Made by a program: the position numbers and the translations under genes. 48,369 nt of DNA, from NCBI GenBank assembly GCA_001724265.1, contig MEDY01000221.1, forward strand, positions 1 to 48,369, read 5' to 3'. This document shows positions 21,601 to 31,100 of the stretch, in pieces. Source of the stretch: Rhizaria sp. SCN 62-66 (lineage: Eukaryota). The notes under the pieces are model-generated. The model made no database searches, was not told where the DNA came from, and was given only the letters and a program-made list of their open reading frames with translations. Positions within the stretch are counted from its first letter, which is position 1, and each line of letters opens with the position of its first letter.

Positions 21601-24024
21601 AGGCCGTCGCGGTCGCACTCGCGCTCGGACGCACGCTCGCAGTCCCAGTCCCAGTCCCAGTCCCAGTCCCAGTCCCAGTCCCAGTCCCAGTCGTTCTTCA
21701 CGTCCCAGTCGCAGTCCGAGGCGGCGTCGGCGGCGCCGCGCTCACGGTCGGTGCTGCGGCACAGCTCGGTGTACGGCTCGCAGCTGTCGCGCGGCAGCGC
21801 GTCGCAGTACCCGTCGGCGACGCGTACGCGCAGCCTGGGCACGGCGCCGCTGCCCGACAGCGCGCTGGGACTCGACCTGGGTCTCGACCTCGACCACGAC
21901 CTCGGGCTCGGCATGGGCCACGGACACGGACACGCCTCGAACTCCAACTCGCAGTCGCAGTTGCACCTGGCGCGCTCGCAGGGCACGCCCACCGGCATGG
22001 GTCTGGGCCTCTCGATGGCCACGGCCGCCGCGGTCGGCGTCGGCCCCGGTCCCCAGGGGACCGGCATGCTCGGCGCCGGCGCCGGCGCCGGCCCGGGCGG
22101 ACTCAGCGGCGCCGGCGACACGGGCGCCTCGCTGACGGCGACGGGCGCCACGGGCGCGACGTCGCTGCTGCACACGCACTCGCACAACTCGCTCGAGACC
22201 GAGGCGGAGCACCGCTCGCGCTCGCGCTCGGGGGTCGCGCCGCGCACGCAGCTCGCCTCGCGCGGCGCCGCGCTGCCCGCCGGGCCTGACAGCCCGAACC
22301 CGAGTCTGGGCCACGGCAGCGGCGCGCTCGGCGCGGGCGGGCTCGGCGGACTGGGCGGCGCGCACGGCCACAGCCACGGCCACGGCGCTGACGACCTGGA
22401 TGTCGACTTCGCCGTCATCGGCATCGCGGGCCGACCCAGCGTCACCGGCGACGCCGCCGCCGCCGCGGTCGCCGCTGCCGTCGCGGGCGCGGGTGCTGGC
22501 GCTGGCGCCGGCGCGGCCGGGCTCGCCGGGCTCGGCTCCGGCGTTGACAGCCACGAGGCCGCCGGCTCGGGCGCGCCCACCGGCACCTGCACCGGCACCG
22601 GCACGGCCACGGGCGCCGACACCGCGGGCTCCGCCTCCGCCTCCGCCTCGGTCTCGGCCTCGGCCTCGGCCTCCGGCGCGGGCTCCGCGGGCGTTGCGGG
22701 CTCGCCGAGCCTGGGCGGCGCGAGCGCGGGCGCCGCGGGGGCGGGCCGCACGCCGTCGCTGCGCGCGCTGTCGACCGCAACGGGCGGTGCAGCGGGCGGC
22801 GCAGCCGGCGGCGCGCGCACCGCGGCCGGCAGCAGCGTCGCCTCGTTCTCCCTGCACCAACAGCAGCCGCAGCCGCAGCAATCTCAGCAGCAGCTGCAGC
22901 AGCAGCATGTGGGCAGTGGCGCGAGCCAGAGCCGCAGCAGCAGCCAGAGCGCCGCGTACTCGGTCGGCGCTGACAGCGTCAACACCATCGCCACCGCGGC
23001 CACGGGCGTCGGCTCGACGGTGCTGGCCTCGGGCCCGGTGGTGGTGCACGCGGCGCCGCCGCCCGCCGCCGCGGCCGCCGTGCCCGCAGCTTTCAACAGA
23101 GTCAGCAGCAGCAGCAGCAGCCACGGCAGCGCGACCAACGCGAACAACGCGGCCAGCAACAGCGCCAACTCCGTGACCGTGACCGTCTCGCTCGCGTCCG
23201 CAGACGCGAAGCCGGGGCTGCTGGCCGGCGACGACCCCGCCACGGCGGCCGCGCTGAGCAGCCTGATGCTGGCGGCCGAGAAGCCCGGCGCGCGCGCCGA
23301 CAGCGCGTCGTCGTCGACGGTGAGCGGGAGCCCCTACGCGTCGATGGCCGACTCGGACTCGGCGACGATGGTGGCCACCACGGTCGCCTCGGCGGCGCAC
23401 GGCTTCGGCGGGCTGGGCACGCTCTCGGTCGCGCCCTCCATGGGGCTGTCTTTCTTCGCGCCCTCGTCCGCGCGCAACTCGATCACGCTGCTCGGCGGCG
23501 GCAGCACCACGGGCACCGCCAGCGTCCTCGGCCTCAGCAACACCACCACAAGCACCGGCGCTGGCGCTGGCGCTGGCGCTGGCCCTGTAGTCGGCACGGG
23601 CCGCTGGCAGCCGACGCTGGGCGCGGCGCGCGAGCGCACTATCACCGACGCCGACGCCGACGCCGCCGCTGGTGACGGAGGACAGCCTGCCCACCGCGTG
23701 GGCGGGCCCACTGTCATCCTCAGCGCCTACGGCTCCACAGGCAACGGCACCGGCGGCGGCGGCGGCGCTGGCGTCAACGCCGGCTTCAGCCCCCGCGCGG
23801 CTGGCCTGCCTGGCAGCGACGACGGCGACGGCGATGGAGACGGGGACTGCGAGGAGCTGCACGTGCGCTTCCTGCCCCAGGGCCCACTGCTGGCCTCGTC
23901 CTCCACCGCCGGCAACGCGTTCGGCCAGGCCCGCGCCGGCCGCGGCCACGGGCTGGGCGGCTCCAGCGACACCGGCGAGAGCGCCGGCGACAGCCAAGGT
24001 GACAATATCAGCGGCAACAAGTAA
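15601..24024 (+). CDS. Frizzled/Smoothened-like 7TM receptor (Fsl-type) with two Fz cysteine-rich domains, 2807 aa, apparently intronless
   Basis: CRD-like patterns RFLCAAVYRPC...LPPCQAQCTDV and CEAYTGAACAG...CGALLSKFICSHAFWPC...RSVCEDYGTVC...LPKCD. Linker CPAPLV...GGTCASPCPSMLFT. Seven hydrophobic helices at about 17800-19500, including CIMQAVFILYAILALSGWWAL, GWVLPIVLCVIAV and GYCFV. Stop TAA. Confidence 0.85.
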   Translation: MPLAHARLSLSRPPVAAGAATHGPGPDPDPGGDGGGGGGVLPRLNSRSDAVAYNGDRGVPALLRRLLTPLLIASLFLLLHSSSPRSSSGSGFTGGSLFSGPLVASAASLAPSRTSAMLDAELELDFAGRLAQSAAVADAAARLARATGSAARAPPQLPVMPALTSVLFQPPELHTAAPVQAMAKTAPKAKAKAQSQTHSEVAVSPMPEQMTAAAEAATASAEAAVRAARRRHELQQLQQQQQHQLNMQQASSNQNKTATLNDNNINNNDINNNSNSGDSAYESAASEYQSLDADAEAAEAETKTDADSSASDNSGDFSGGTSAAAEATTCALLTPATNSLTCFMVFPFGHTVALVDPDTGAALGCLNELLNLPTAATIAPVTQLLLPLSATLANAVARFLCAAVYRPCPAASGAATVLPPCQAQCTDVVAAYSALAAEDAAKGAQALDVLKTFGVWARLVSGYCLTMVYPDADAQGFPAGTPADSAPGPSQRVCAATAVFQYPYVLPLPQPRCEAYTGAACAGVVEHVYLPPGYTQELIETELALTPMVARVAPERSGCGALLSKFICSHAFWPCFNADAVRIGATNTTLPMLLPQLTARSVCEDYGTVCADFLAWAPGLIPALGPVLLPKCDTAEFGAQSDCEGASIAGTGSILFPANGTTYTIFGGFTVPGNAFTAATVQNTTEGFPFAPQLTCPAPLVLPDNPWTARRFLGGTCASPCPSMLFTNAEYNRARLLLLICSVVCFLPVVFVMLTWLCFEDRRRSAYFLPIVIICFGLSLCFFLSMTIYADMAAGPGGYAATQCYSNSEEFTVSIGANTPRGGSCIMQAVFILYAILALSGWWALSAVDIALRIVLGKRFAPGSHGALAIRVAYNVVGWVLPIVLCVIAVVYDSVGAGDVGIGYCFVHSRNYVWMPWFTAYIPLIVALATGALSMAATLVVLCRAARIARGGAAATAAAALGRANRAEADAVAAAANAAYPTSRIGDHNRVSINTNNNDVVIAGNNSVVVDNNTNNANGDGDFGYQPVAGAVTAGSAAAAAAQLSVGDGTVGDGTAGDATMGDNEGDTVTDADALETLPDGAAAASAHYDYTYKYAAYHNDRAKAKPAPAAIAATDQLASGSNLGAAASGSGVGLLSAGSALPPSSSAAATVGGAAVPRAATTTAMSPAAAAATALVAATMAMSTSSATASAAVAASRASRAALSRQYSAILAFVTLFLFVFVTVITFRAYAHFREDGWVVSAAELIFCILVEEPLSPGLDCGVVPRKRPDVQFWYFLQAVVACAGLFSFFTFALTADIYKVWAARCGRWFRVTRCREFGADSVEGRRHAYTPSGLPCVAPRCLRGTCCGKLFRRERRRRHHRRRARRDKEREAAAAAAAAAGAGAGAAAGAGGDAVPAAAAAAVGGDGAASAGAGAGLNDVGHSNCVSNKPAASVGLGLVAGAGAGSCGAGTNAAAHSSAAGHSHAGVEMQPFPAHLRAHAGAHAGAGGAPSTASMLSASGSATAAGAPPGSEAHRLTGMGGLNGLALGVDLSLGLELGLGDGDCDDAEAASRAYARRRSPMHGLHGPAGLADGSDALGLTGSAAGTAGKSLGHSHGHSASVGTGAGAGAVVVVVGGGKGRSSGRGSKGGSSAGRSARDRRRYVYDYDYDDDDDDDDGVRGRDGDDDDDNIDDDEEGLSGSHTVTAVGGARARARGERTRGGRRSSGIAAAAGAGAAAAAGVGIGLSGNEDDDTRTGTNSGTHTGTHTHTHTRASRALSDEDEAEDGEYCSDYDYEYSDDYTGSGSGSDSYTGSRSGASDDSDCASGSGGRTRGGGARGRSSVRSGALPKSVMFNLAANTYVEDERFSGVHGAPGGRTGEDEEDDDVLQADIVIDGRDDDDVDDDDNGCDGDGDDNGDAELNGNGDARAGAGAGAGSGLVAGGASDSGSDVDARHVRSRAARLSARRGSGGPVLVTPAIAAAAAAAAAASGVGSCVGSGALIGSDEAPPRRRRSGRRQARPSRSHSRSDARSQSQSQSQSQSQSQSQSQSFFTSQSQSEAASAAPRSRSVLRHSSVYGSQLSRGSASQYPSATRTRSLGTAPLPDSALGLDLGLDLDHDLGLGMGHGHGHASNSNSQSQLHLARSQGTPTGMGLGLSMATAAAVGVGPGPQGTGMLGAGAGAGPGGLSGAGDTGASLTATGATGATSLLHTHSHNSLETEAEHRSRSRSGVAPRTQLASRGAALPAGPDSPNPSLGHGSGALGAGGLGGLGGAHGHSHGHGADDLDVDFAVIGIAGRPSVTGDAAAAAVAAAVAGAGAGAGAGAAGLAGLGSGVDSHEAAGSGAPTGTCTGTGTATGADTAGSASASASVSASASASGAGSAGVAGSPSLGGASAGAAGAGRTPSLRALSTATGGAAGGAAGGARTAAGSSVASFSLHQQQPQPQQSQQQLQQQHVGSGASQSRSSSQSAAYSVGADSVNTIATAATGVGSTVLASGPVVVHAAPPPAAAAAVPAAFNRVSSSSSSHGSATNANNAASNSANSVTVTVSLASADAKPGLLAGDDPATAAALSSLMLAAEKPGARADSASSSTVSGSPYASMADSDSATMVATTVASAAHGFGGLGTLSVAPSMGLSFFAPSSARNSITLLGGGSTTGTASVLGLSNTTTSTGAGAGAGAGPVVGTGRWQPTLGAARERTITDADADAAAGDGGQPAHRVGGPTVILSAYGSTGNGTGGGGGAGVNAGFSPRAAGLPGSDDGDGDGDGDCEELHVRFLPQGPLLASSSTAGNAFGQARAGRGHGLGGSSDTGESAGDSQGDNISGNK
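21643..21690 (+). repeat. (TCCCAG)8 coding microsatellite (Ser-Gln)
   Basis: Direct reading of the sequence. Confidence 0.9.
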
Positions 24025-25401
24025 ATCGCACGTGTGTAACTGTGCGCTCTACTTTGCGTCTTGACTCGACGTTGATTTTATTGAAAGATTTTACATATTG
24101 ATCGCAATAATTAAGAGCTGTTTGTTCAATCAATAGTTAATTAGATATCACCACGATATATATACGTATATTTGCTGCATTTGTTGCAGCACATTTTCGT
24201 TTCCTTTTACACTCACTTATTGCACACGCTTCTTTGTGTGGCGTTCCTGGATCACTGCCAGCACGCTTGTGTGTGCTAATAATACGAACCCTATGACAAC
24301 AACAGCTGCATGCAACTTGCAACGGAGGCCGCAAACATTCACAATGCGCCGGTGCCGAGCTTGTGTTTAGCTGTTGGGTTCGTTACTCTTGACTCACTAC
24401 CAACTCGATTATACTTAGTTCCCTTAGTTTATGCTTGTATTGTGTTTTTTTTTTGTTTTTGATTCGTCTGCACTCGATATGTGCTTTGTGGAGTACTGAG
24501 TACAGAACGATTCAGAACGTATTATCTAGTCTGTCTTCTTTTCGTGTTGTCCCCTAAACCTCATGTTCATCTCTATCTGTCTGTCTCTTGTCTGAATGCC
24601 ACTGTTCTTGCTTATCTGCGTCTTTTGACGTGTGTAAGGTTAATCCTAGTCCTAGTTTCACTACGACGACTTTGTACTCTCAGCGCAATCAACTCCAATG
24701 AACGCGATGTCTTTTTCACGCCTCGCTTTGATACTCTTTTGCATTCCAACTTGCTTACTCGCGCTATCGTCTGCACTCAGTTGCGTGCTCCTCTTTGAGC
24801 ATTGCTGTGCAGAGTATGCGTGTACGCATGCAGGATCACAACAACGTACCAAGCCCGTGAAGATGACATCGACTCGTCACACACACACGCACACATATGA
24901 CACATATTTGATATTTGCACATGATAGTGCTTCTTTGAATCCGTGTCATTGTTTCATTGTAGATTTGTATCATTAGATATCAATAACAACAGCAACAATC
25001 TCTGCTTTTTCTATGCTGAACAATGACCAAGACCAACAAATGCACATCCCAGACACAACAATCTCTCCGTCAACACCTATTATTGACACCTAGTTCTAAA
25101 TACTACCAACACTTTATCATACTACAGTAGAAATAAATATTATGACTTCAAGTTCCCCAAAAAAAAAAAAAAAAACGAAGAAGGTGTTACACAAATGTGT
25201 GAAACTAGGAACAGTGATAGCTGTGTGTGTATATTGTTTGTTGTGCATAGTTGCGCACTCACTCACTTTTGTATAAGCTTATGTCCTTGTAGTTCTAAAT
25301 AAACACGTTGTTTTTGATTGCTCTTTGCGGCACCTGGATGTTAAAAGATTGCTTCGCAACTCTGGCTTGTTGATCGCATTTCTGGGGTCACTCTTTCTTT
25401 C

Positions 25402-27003
25402 TTAGTCCTTCTTGTCCGCAGCGACGGCCGCGCCGTCTAGCACCGGCAGCGGCTCCTCCGCGCTGGCGTCGTCCTCGAGCGCGGGCAGCTCCTCCAAGGC
25501 CGCCTTGGCCGCGGCGCTCTGCTTGGGCTGCGCGGCAGCGCGCGCGGCGTCGTCAGAGCTGGTGCTGAAGGATGAGAAGGCGGCGCCCCAGACAGACTTC
25601 TCCTTGGCGTTGAGCTTGGCCTGGCGCACCAGCAGCGGGCGCATTAGCTTGTCCACCTCGGCGCGCTGCGCGGCGGTGACGGCGGGTGCGGCGAGCGCGG
25701 CGCGCAGCGTGGCGACGGCCTCGTCGACCAGCCCCGTTGCGGCCTCGGCCTGCGCGCGGCGAAAGAGCGCCTTGACGTTGGCGGGCTCGATGGCGAGCGC
25801 GTCGCCGGCGTGCTCGAGCACGTCACGCCACTTCTGCATCTTGTGCTTGACCGTGGCCATGTTGACGAGCGAGAGCAGCTTGATGGCGTCGGCCTCCTTC
25901 TGGTCCGCCTCGCTCAGCCCTGTCTCGTGCTCGAAGATCTTGACCGAGGCGTCGTAGCGAATCAGCGCGCGTTCGGGCTGCCCGGAGCGGAAAAAGTCGT
26001 TACCGACCTCCTTGAGCCGGCGTGCCTCCTCGGCCTTCTCGGCGGGGGTCATCTCCCACGCCTCCTTGATGTTCTCGAAGTCCTCCATCTCGATCTCGTA
26101 AAAGAGCTGCGCATCGCGTGGCAGCGCCACCTTGTGCCGCAGCGGCTCGAAGCCGTCGCCCGTGAGTTCGGACTCAATCCAGAAGTGCGCGCGCTCGCCT
26201 TTCTTCATCGTGCACAGCGCCGTCTCCAGCCCCGGCGGGAGCTGCGGGATGTCGATCGGCACCAGGATGGCGTCGTCGCGGCAGTCCAGGAAAAGCGGTC
26301 CGTCCTCGCCGCCGACGCGGCCGACGATCTTGATGTGGCAGATGGTGCCAGCCGTCGGCGTGTTCCAGCCCTCGCCGCGCGCGACGTACATCTTGACGAC
26401 GCCCGGAATGATCTGCTTCGCGTTGGGGTCCCACGACAGCAGCTCGATCTCGAACACCAGGTCGGCGTCCTCCGGGATCTTGGGCGGCGACCCAGCAGCG
26501 CCGTAGCACCAGTCTGCACCGCAGTCCAAAATGGCCAGCTCGCCCACCTTCATCGTACCGATCGCGTTGTCCCACGCGCGGATCACCGCCTTGTCGCCCA
26601 GAACAAACTGAAAAAGTGACAGCATCGTGAAAAAAAGTGGCAATCATGGAGAGAAACATGAGCTTAGGACCGTGCGGCAGAGCAGGCAGAGAAAAAATAT
26701 TCAGGCGCAAATGGAGAAGTTGTCATTTCACCGATATGAACGTACCTGGAAGGGCTGGTCGCGCTCGCGACTGCTATCGAAGAGGGTGCCATCAGCCTTG
26801 AGGCGGCCTACGTAGTGGCAAGTCACGATAGAACCGGGCAGCGGCGACGTGCCGGTACCGTAGCGGAGAATCTTCTTCACGACCTTGCCGTCAAACAGGG
26901 GAATCGTCTCCAGAACCTCAGGCTCAGACGTGGAAACAGTGGTGGTGGCGGACGAGTCCACCTCCACAGGCTCAGTGACCGTAGGCTCGGGCACGGAAGA
27001 CAT
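25402..27003 (-). CDS. FKBP51/52-type immunophilin (two FKBP domains plus TPR). Exons 27003-26746 and 26607-25402, 487 aa
   Basis: VTCHYVGRLKADGTLFDSSRERDQPFQ|FVLGDKAVIRAWDNAIGTMKVGE...YGAAGSPPKIP...FEIELL; second FKBP domain PGLETALCTMKKGERA; TPR KEVGNDFFR...NVKALFRRAQA. Intron CAG|gtacgt...tttttcag, 138 nt. Stop TAA. Confidence 0.93.
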
Positions 27004-27380
27004 AGTCTACACGGTGCAAAAGGAAATTGAACGCGTATTAAAAGAGAAATCAGAGCTTAAACGCATATCATGTCATGTTTAAGTAGATATAACTCTGTTG
27101 ACAATGAGTGCATCGACATTTTATTGTCCGCGTTTAATGCGTCGACAGAAACTTCTGGACTTGTCGCCCTATCAGCCAGTCGGGGTTCGTAAAAAGTGAC
27201 TGCCACTGCGCAGTTGACTGGGAATCATATGACTTAAGCTCATGCAACAATCGAAAGATCATATGATATAATATGCGGTTTGATGTTGACACTCATTCTC
27301 AAATCCATAGATCAAGTCAATTGGTTACAAGGCACACACCTTCCAGCACATCAAGAGATCCACGATGACCCAGGATCTGA

Positions 27381-27840
27381 AAATATGTTATTTAATCACA
27401 AATTTACGGCTTTAACTCATATTACATGCTTTAAATATATTTAATACATAGAATAGTAAAAAATAAATTTTAACAAAGCAATTAACTATTTTTGTAATAT
27501 TTTTTTATGATAGATTTTTTCTCTAGTAAAAGATTTATTTATTAGAATAAAAATAATATATTACACGTATTAATAAAAATGATTAAAAATGTTGATGCTA
27601 TATTTACTTCCCACCTTAATGAGAGCCAGGTCAGTTTTACTCGCAAAATTAAGCTTGAATATCCATAAAACATTTTTAAAACGAGTTTAATATTTAAATA
27701 ACATTATTACATCTTTCTTTAGTTATAGTAAAAATAATAAACTTTAATAGCTTTTAATCGTTTACAATAAGTATAAAAATATTATATTTGTTATACTTTG
27801 ATATCATATAGTTCATAATAATTTTAATCTTACTTTATTA
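27381..27840. other. Extremely AT-rich island
   Basis: Visibly more A/T-rich than any other spacer in the window; no ORF of 60 aa or more in the track. Confidence 0.6.
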
Positions 27841-27952
27841 CCAAGGTATTTCATGATTTCCTAATCACAGCTCCAACTATTGGCAATTTTCTGATACATG
27901 TACAATGTATACTCTATCGGAGCGAAAAGTCGTCAAATCAATCACTATTAGG

Positions 27953-28120
27953 ATATCTGTTGATTGATTGCTTCACGTCCATATCTGTTGATTTCCATAT
28001 CTGTTGATTGATTGCTTCACGTCCATATTATGATGAAGGACAATCGGATGAAGGACAATCGTTCTGTATTTTCACATTCTGTATTTTCACATTTGAGGTG
28101 CCCGCATTTGAGGTGCCCGC
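27953..28120. repeat. Cluster of short tandem duplications: 28/16/28-bp units, then three abutting 15-bp pairs
   Basis: atatctgttgattgattgcttcacgtcc x2 with a 16-bp partial copy between; gatgaaggacaatcg x2 (28032-28061); ttctgtattttcaca x2 (28062-28091); atttgaggtgcccgc x2 (28091-28120). Confidence 0.95.
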
Positions 28121-28147
28121 TGGCTGGCTGTATGGTCAAGACCGTGG

Positions 28148-31100
28148 TCACATCCAGTCGTCGGTCCAGTTAAATGCGACGCGCTCGCGAAGCATTTTAA
28201 CACCAGACACAGCCCACTCGTCACGCGTGAGCCATTGGTCACGCACACCTTCAGCCCAGCACACCACCGTGGCACCTCGCCATGACAGGTGCGCAGGGTC
28301 GATATCTTTAACGTTGCACAACACGTTGACGATCTCAATGCGGACATCCTTGCCCGTAATGTAGTTCACGAGCCGCTCCTCAACCTCATCACTGAAGCCT
28401 GGCACACGCGCGCCGCCGCCAATGAGCAGCACCTGCGTCGCCAGACGACGCCGCAGCTCCGGCGCCGGCACCGCCAGGATCGACGCAGTGATCGCCTTGT
28501 CCAGCGGCATCGTCTTGGCGGCCAGAGCAAACACAGGCGACGCCGGCGACAGCTCAAAATGCATCGTGGTGTTATTCTTAGAGCTATCAGCAGAAACGGC
28601 ACCGTTCTCGTTGTTATTCTCAGGGCGAGCAACACCCCAAGGCAGTCCCGCGGTGAGACACGCCGCGGCAGGCGGCGGTGTGGCATCAACAAAGGGGAAG
28701 ACACCAAGTGCGGCGGCTGATGCGGCGGCAGCGCTGCGTTGCGCCTGCTCTTCTGTCTCCCACACCGAACCAGGCTCAGGCAGGGCTGCATCGGGCGGCG
28801 GCAGCGCGAGTTCAGCAACAGCGGCCGCAGGCGTGAGCTCGCAGTTCGCGGGAGCAATGCGCGGCGAGACCTGGACTCCTCCGTCTGCGTCGCGAGCCAC
28901 GTCCAGCACCGTCACTGTGTCCTCGGTCGCGCTGGGCTGCAGCTCCACCTCGATGCCGCCCTCGGCTGCCGCTGCCGCCGCAGCTGCAGCGGCAGCGCGC
29001 TGCTCGCGCTGCTGCTGCAGCATGAGCTGGACTGACTTCTTGGGCCGCCCACGCGTGGGCAGCAGCGACGCGGGCTGCGCACCGGGCGGCAGCCCCAGCA
29101 CAGAGAGCGCTGCCATGGCGTCCGCGCCGGCGTCGGCAGCCGTGTACGTGAAGGCGGGCGCAGCGCACTGGGCCGCCAGCGTCGCGGGCAGTAGCGCAAG
29201 CGCCGGGTCAAGCCCCGCGACGGCGGGCGGCGCGGGCGGGAAGGCCAGCGCGCGCGCGGGGTGCGCCAGCTCGGGGTGGAAGAGCACCAGCGGCGCCAGC
29301 GCGGCCGCGGCAGCGAGGCGCGGTAGCGGCGCCACCAGCGCGAAGGGTTCGCCCGCCGCGGGGCCCGCAGCGGGGGGCTCCTGCTGGCACCAGCGCGCAG
29401 GGCACTGCGCCCACGGCAACATCACGGCGCTGGCGCGCGCGCGCGCGGCCGCAAAGAGCGCCGGCGAGGGGAAGCGGCAGTGGCGCTCCTTAAGTGCGTT
29501 GGCCTGCAGCCAGTCCGCAGTTAGCCACGACGGCCGCGGCACCCACGCTGCGCGACTGCCCTTTTGCTGCGCGCTAGCGCTCGCACTCGAGCCGGCGCTC
29601 GGCACAAGCGCAGACGACGAAGACGACGATGACGCTGCAGAGTCGGCAGAGTCGTCCGCGTCGCCCGTGCGCTGGAGGCCCCAGAGCAAAGCCGCAGTGA
29701 CGTCGGCGCCGCCGTAGGCAAGCGTGAGCGCGGTGCGCGGGACGGGCGCGCCGTCGTGGAAGCAGGCGACGCGCGTGGCGTGCGCGCCGACGTCGACGAC
29801 GCAGGCCGTGTTGATGCCCGCGGCGAGGCACGCCATGGCCGACTCACGGTGCACCCACGCGGCGCGGAAGCCCAGCCGCAACAGCAAGTGGTCCAGCAGG
29901 CGCGACACGTGCGCCACGGGCATGTCATCCGGCACCACCAGCGCCGCAGCGTAGCGCGACAGCGGGCTGGCCGCAGCTGCAGCCGTTGCCGCAGCCGCAG
30001 ACGCCGAGGCTGAGGCGGACGCGCTGCTCGCGGAGTCCTTCGAACCCGCACTGGCGCTGGCCTCGGCACTGGCGCTGGAGCCCTCAGTCTTGACGGCTTC
30101 AGCACCAGCACCAGCGGCGGTGCTGTTAGTCTTGGCCTCCGCCTCGGCGTCCGCGTCGGCATCATCATCATCGTCACCATCGCCGTCACCGTCTTCGCCA
30201 TCGTTGTCGCCGTCGTTGTCATTGTCGTCGCCGTCCTCCGCCTCGGCCTCCGCGGTGCCCGCCGCCGCGCCGCGCTTGCGTCCGCGGCCTCTGGCGCCCG
30301 CGCCCCTTCCAGCGTTGCCGCCCGCGGCGGCCCTGGCCCGCTCGGCGACCTCGGTGAGCGTGGGCGCGGCGAGCGGCCGCGGCGGCAGTGAGAGCCCCAG
30401 GTCCTGCTGCAGCGCGTCGTCGATGATGCGCGTCACCAGCGCCAGCGAGGACGCACCGTCCATCGACGCGCCCGCGCCCAGCGGCCCGCTCCACCCGTCC
30501 TCGCCTTCGCCGTCGCCGTTCTCGGCGTCGATGTCTTGCTCCTGGCGACGCTGCAGCAGGGCGTCCATGGCCCAAGTAGGGGGCGCGTCGCGCAGGCGGC
30601 CGCGGCGCAAAGGCAGGCGCAGCGCGTAGGGCTCGTGCGGCGCGATGCGCAGCGCGGCCGCGCCAGTCACGACCGCGGGCGCGGCCGAGACGTCGGTGAA
30701 GGCCCAGCCCAACGCCGCCTCAGCCTCCGCGGCCGTGCTCAGCTCGGAGACGGCAACAGCGGCGACAGCAGAGAAGGAGGACGTGGCAGACGCACTGTCA
30801 GCGGCGACGGCGTTGCTGTTGTCCTCCGCATTGCCACTATGCTGCTGCAGCTGCATCTCTTGCTCTTGCTGGAGCTCCTGCTCGATGTGCGGGTTGGCCT
30901 CGAGAAAGGCGGCACGCTGACGCTCTGTGCGCGCCTCAAGCAGCGCGGCGGTGCGCTCGCGGGCGGACAGGCGCGCGCGCAGCCAGCGGCCCACGTCGGG
31001 GTCCGCCGCCAGCGCAGCGCCGGCCGCGGGCGCGAGGTCGGCGTCAGGCGCGCCGCGCGCGGAGGGAAACGCGCCGCCGCGCGGGAGCCAGAAGCGCGCG

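Noticed and set aside
27953-28120. Possible CRISPR-like array
   Set aside because: The units are different direct duplications without a constant repeat and unique spacers; no cas genes; eukaryotic locus.
28008-28364. 118-aa plus-strand ORF with duplicated pentapeptides
   Set aside because: A by-product of the 15-bp duplications and antisense overlap with ARP8; it has a non-ATG start.
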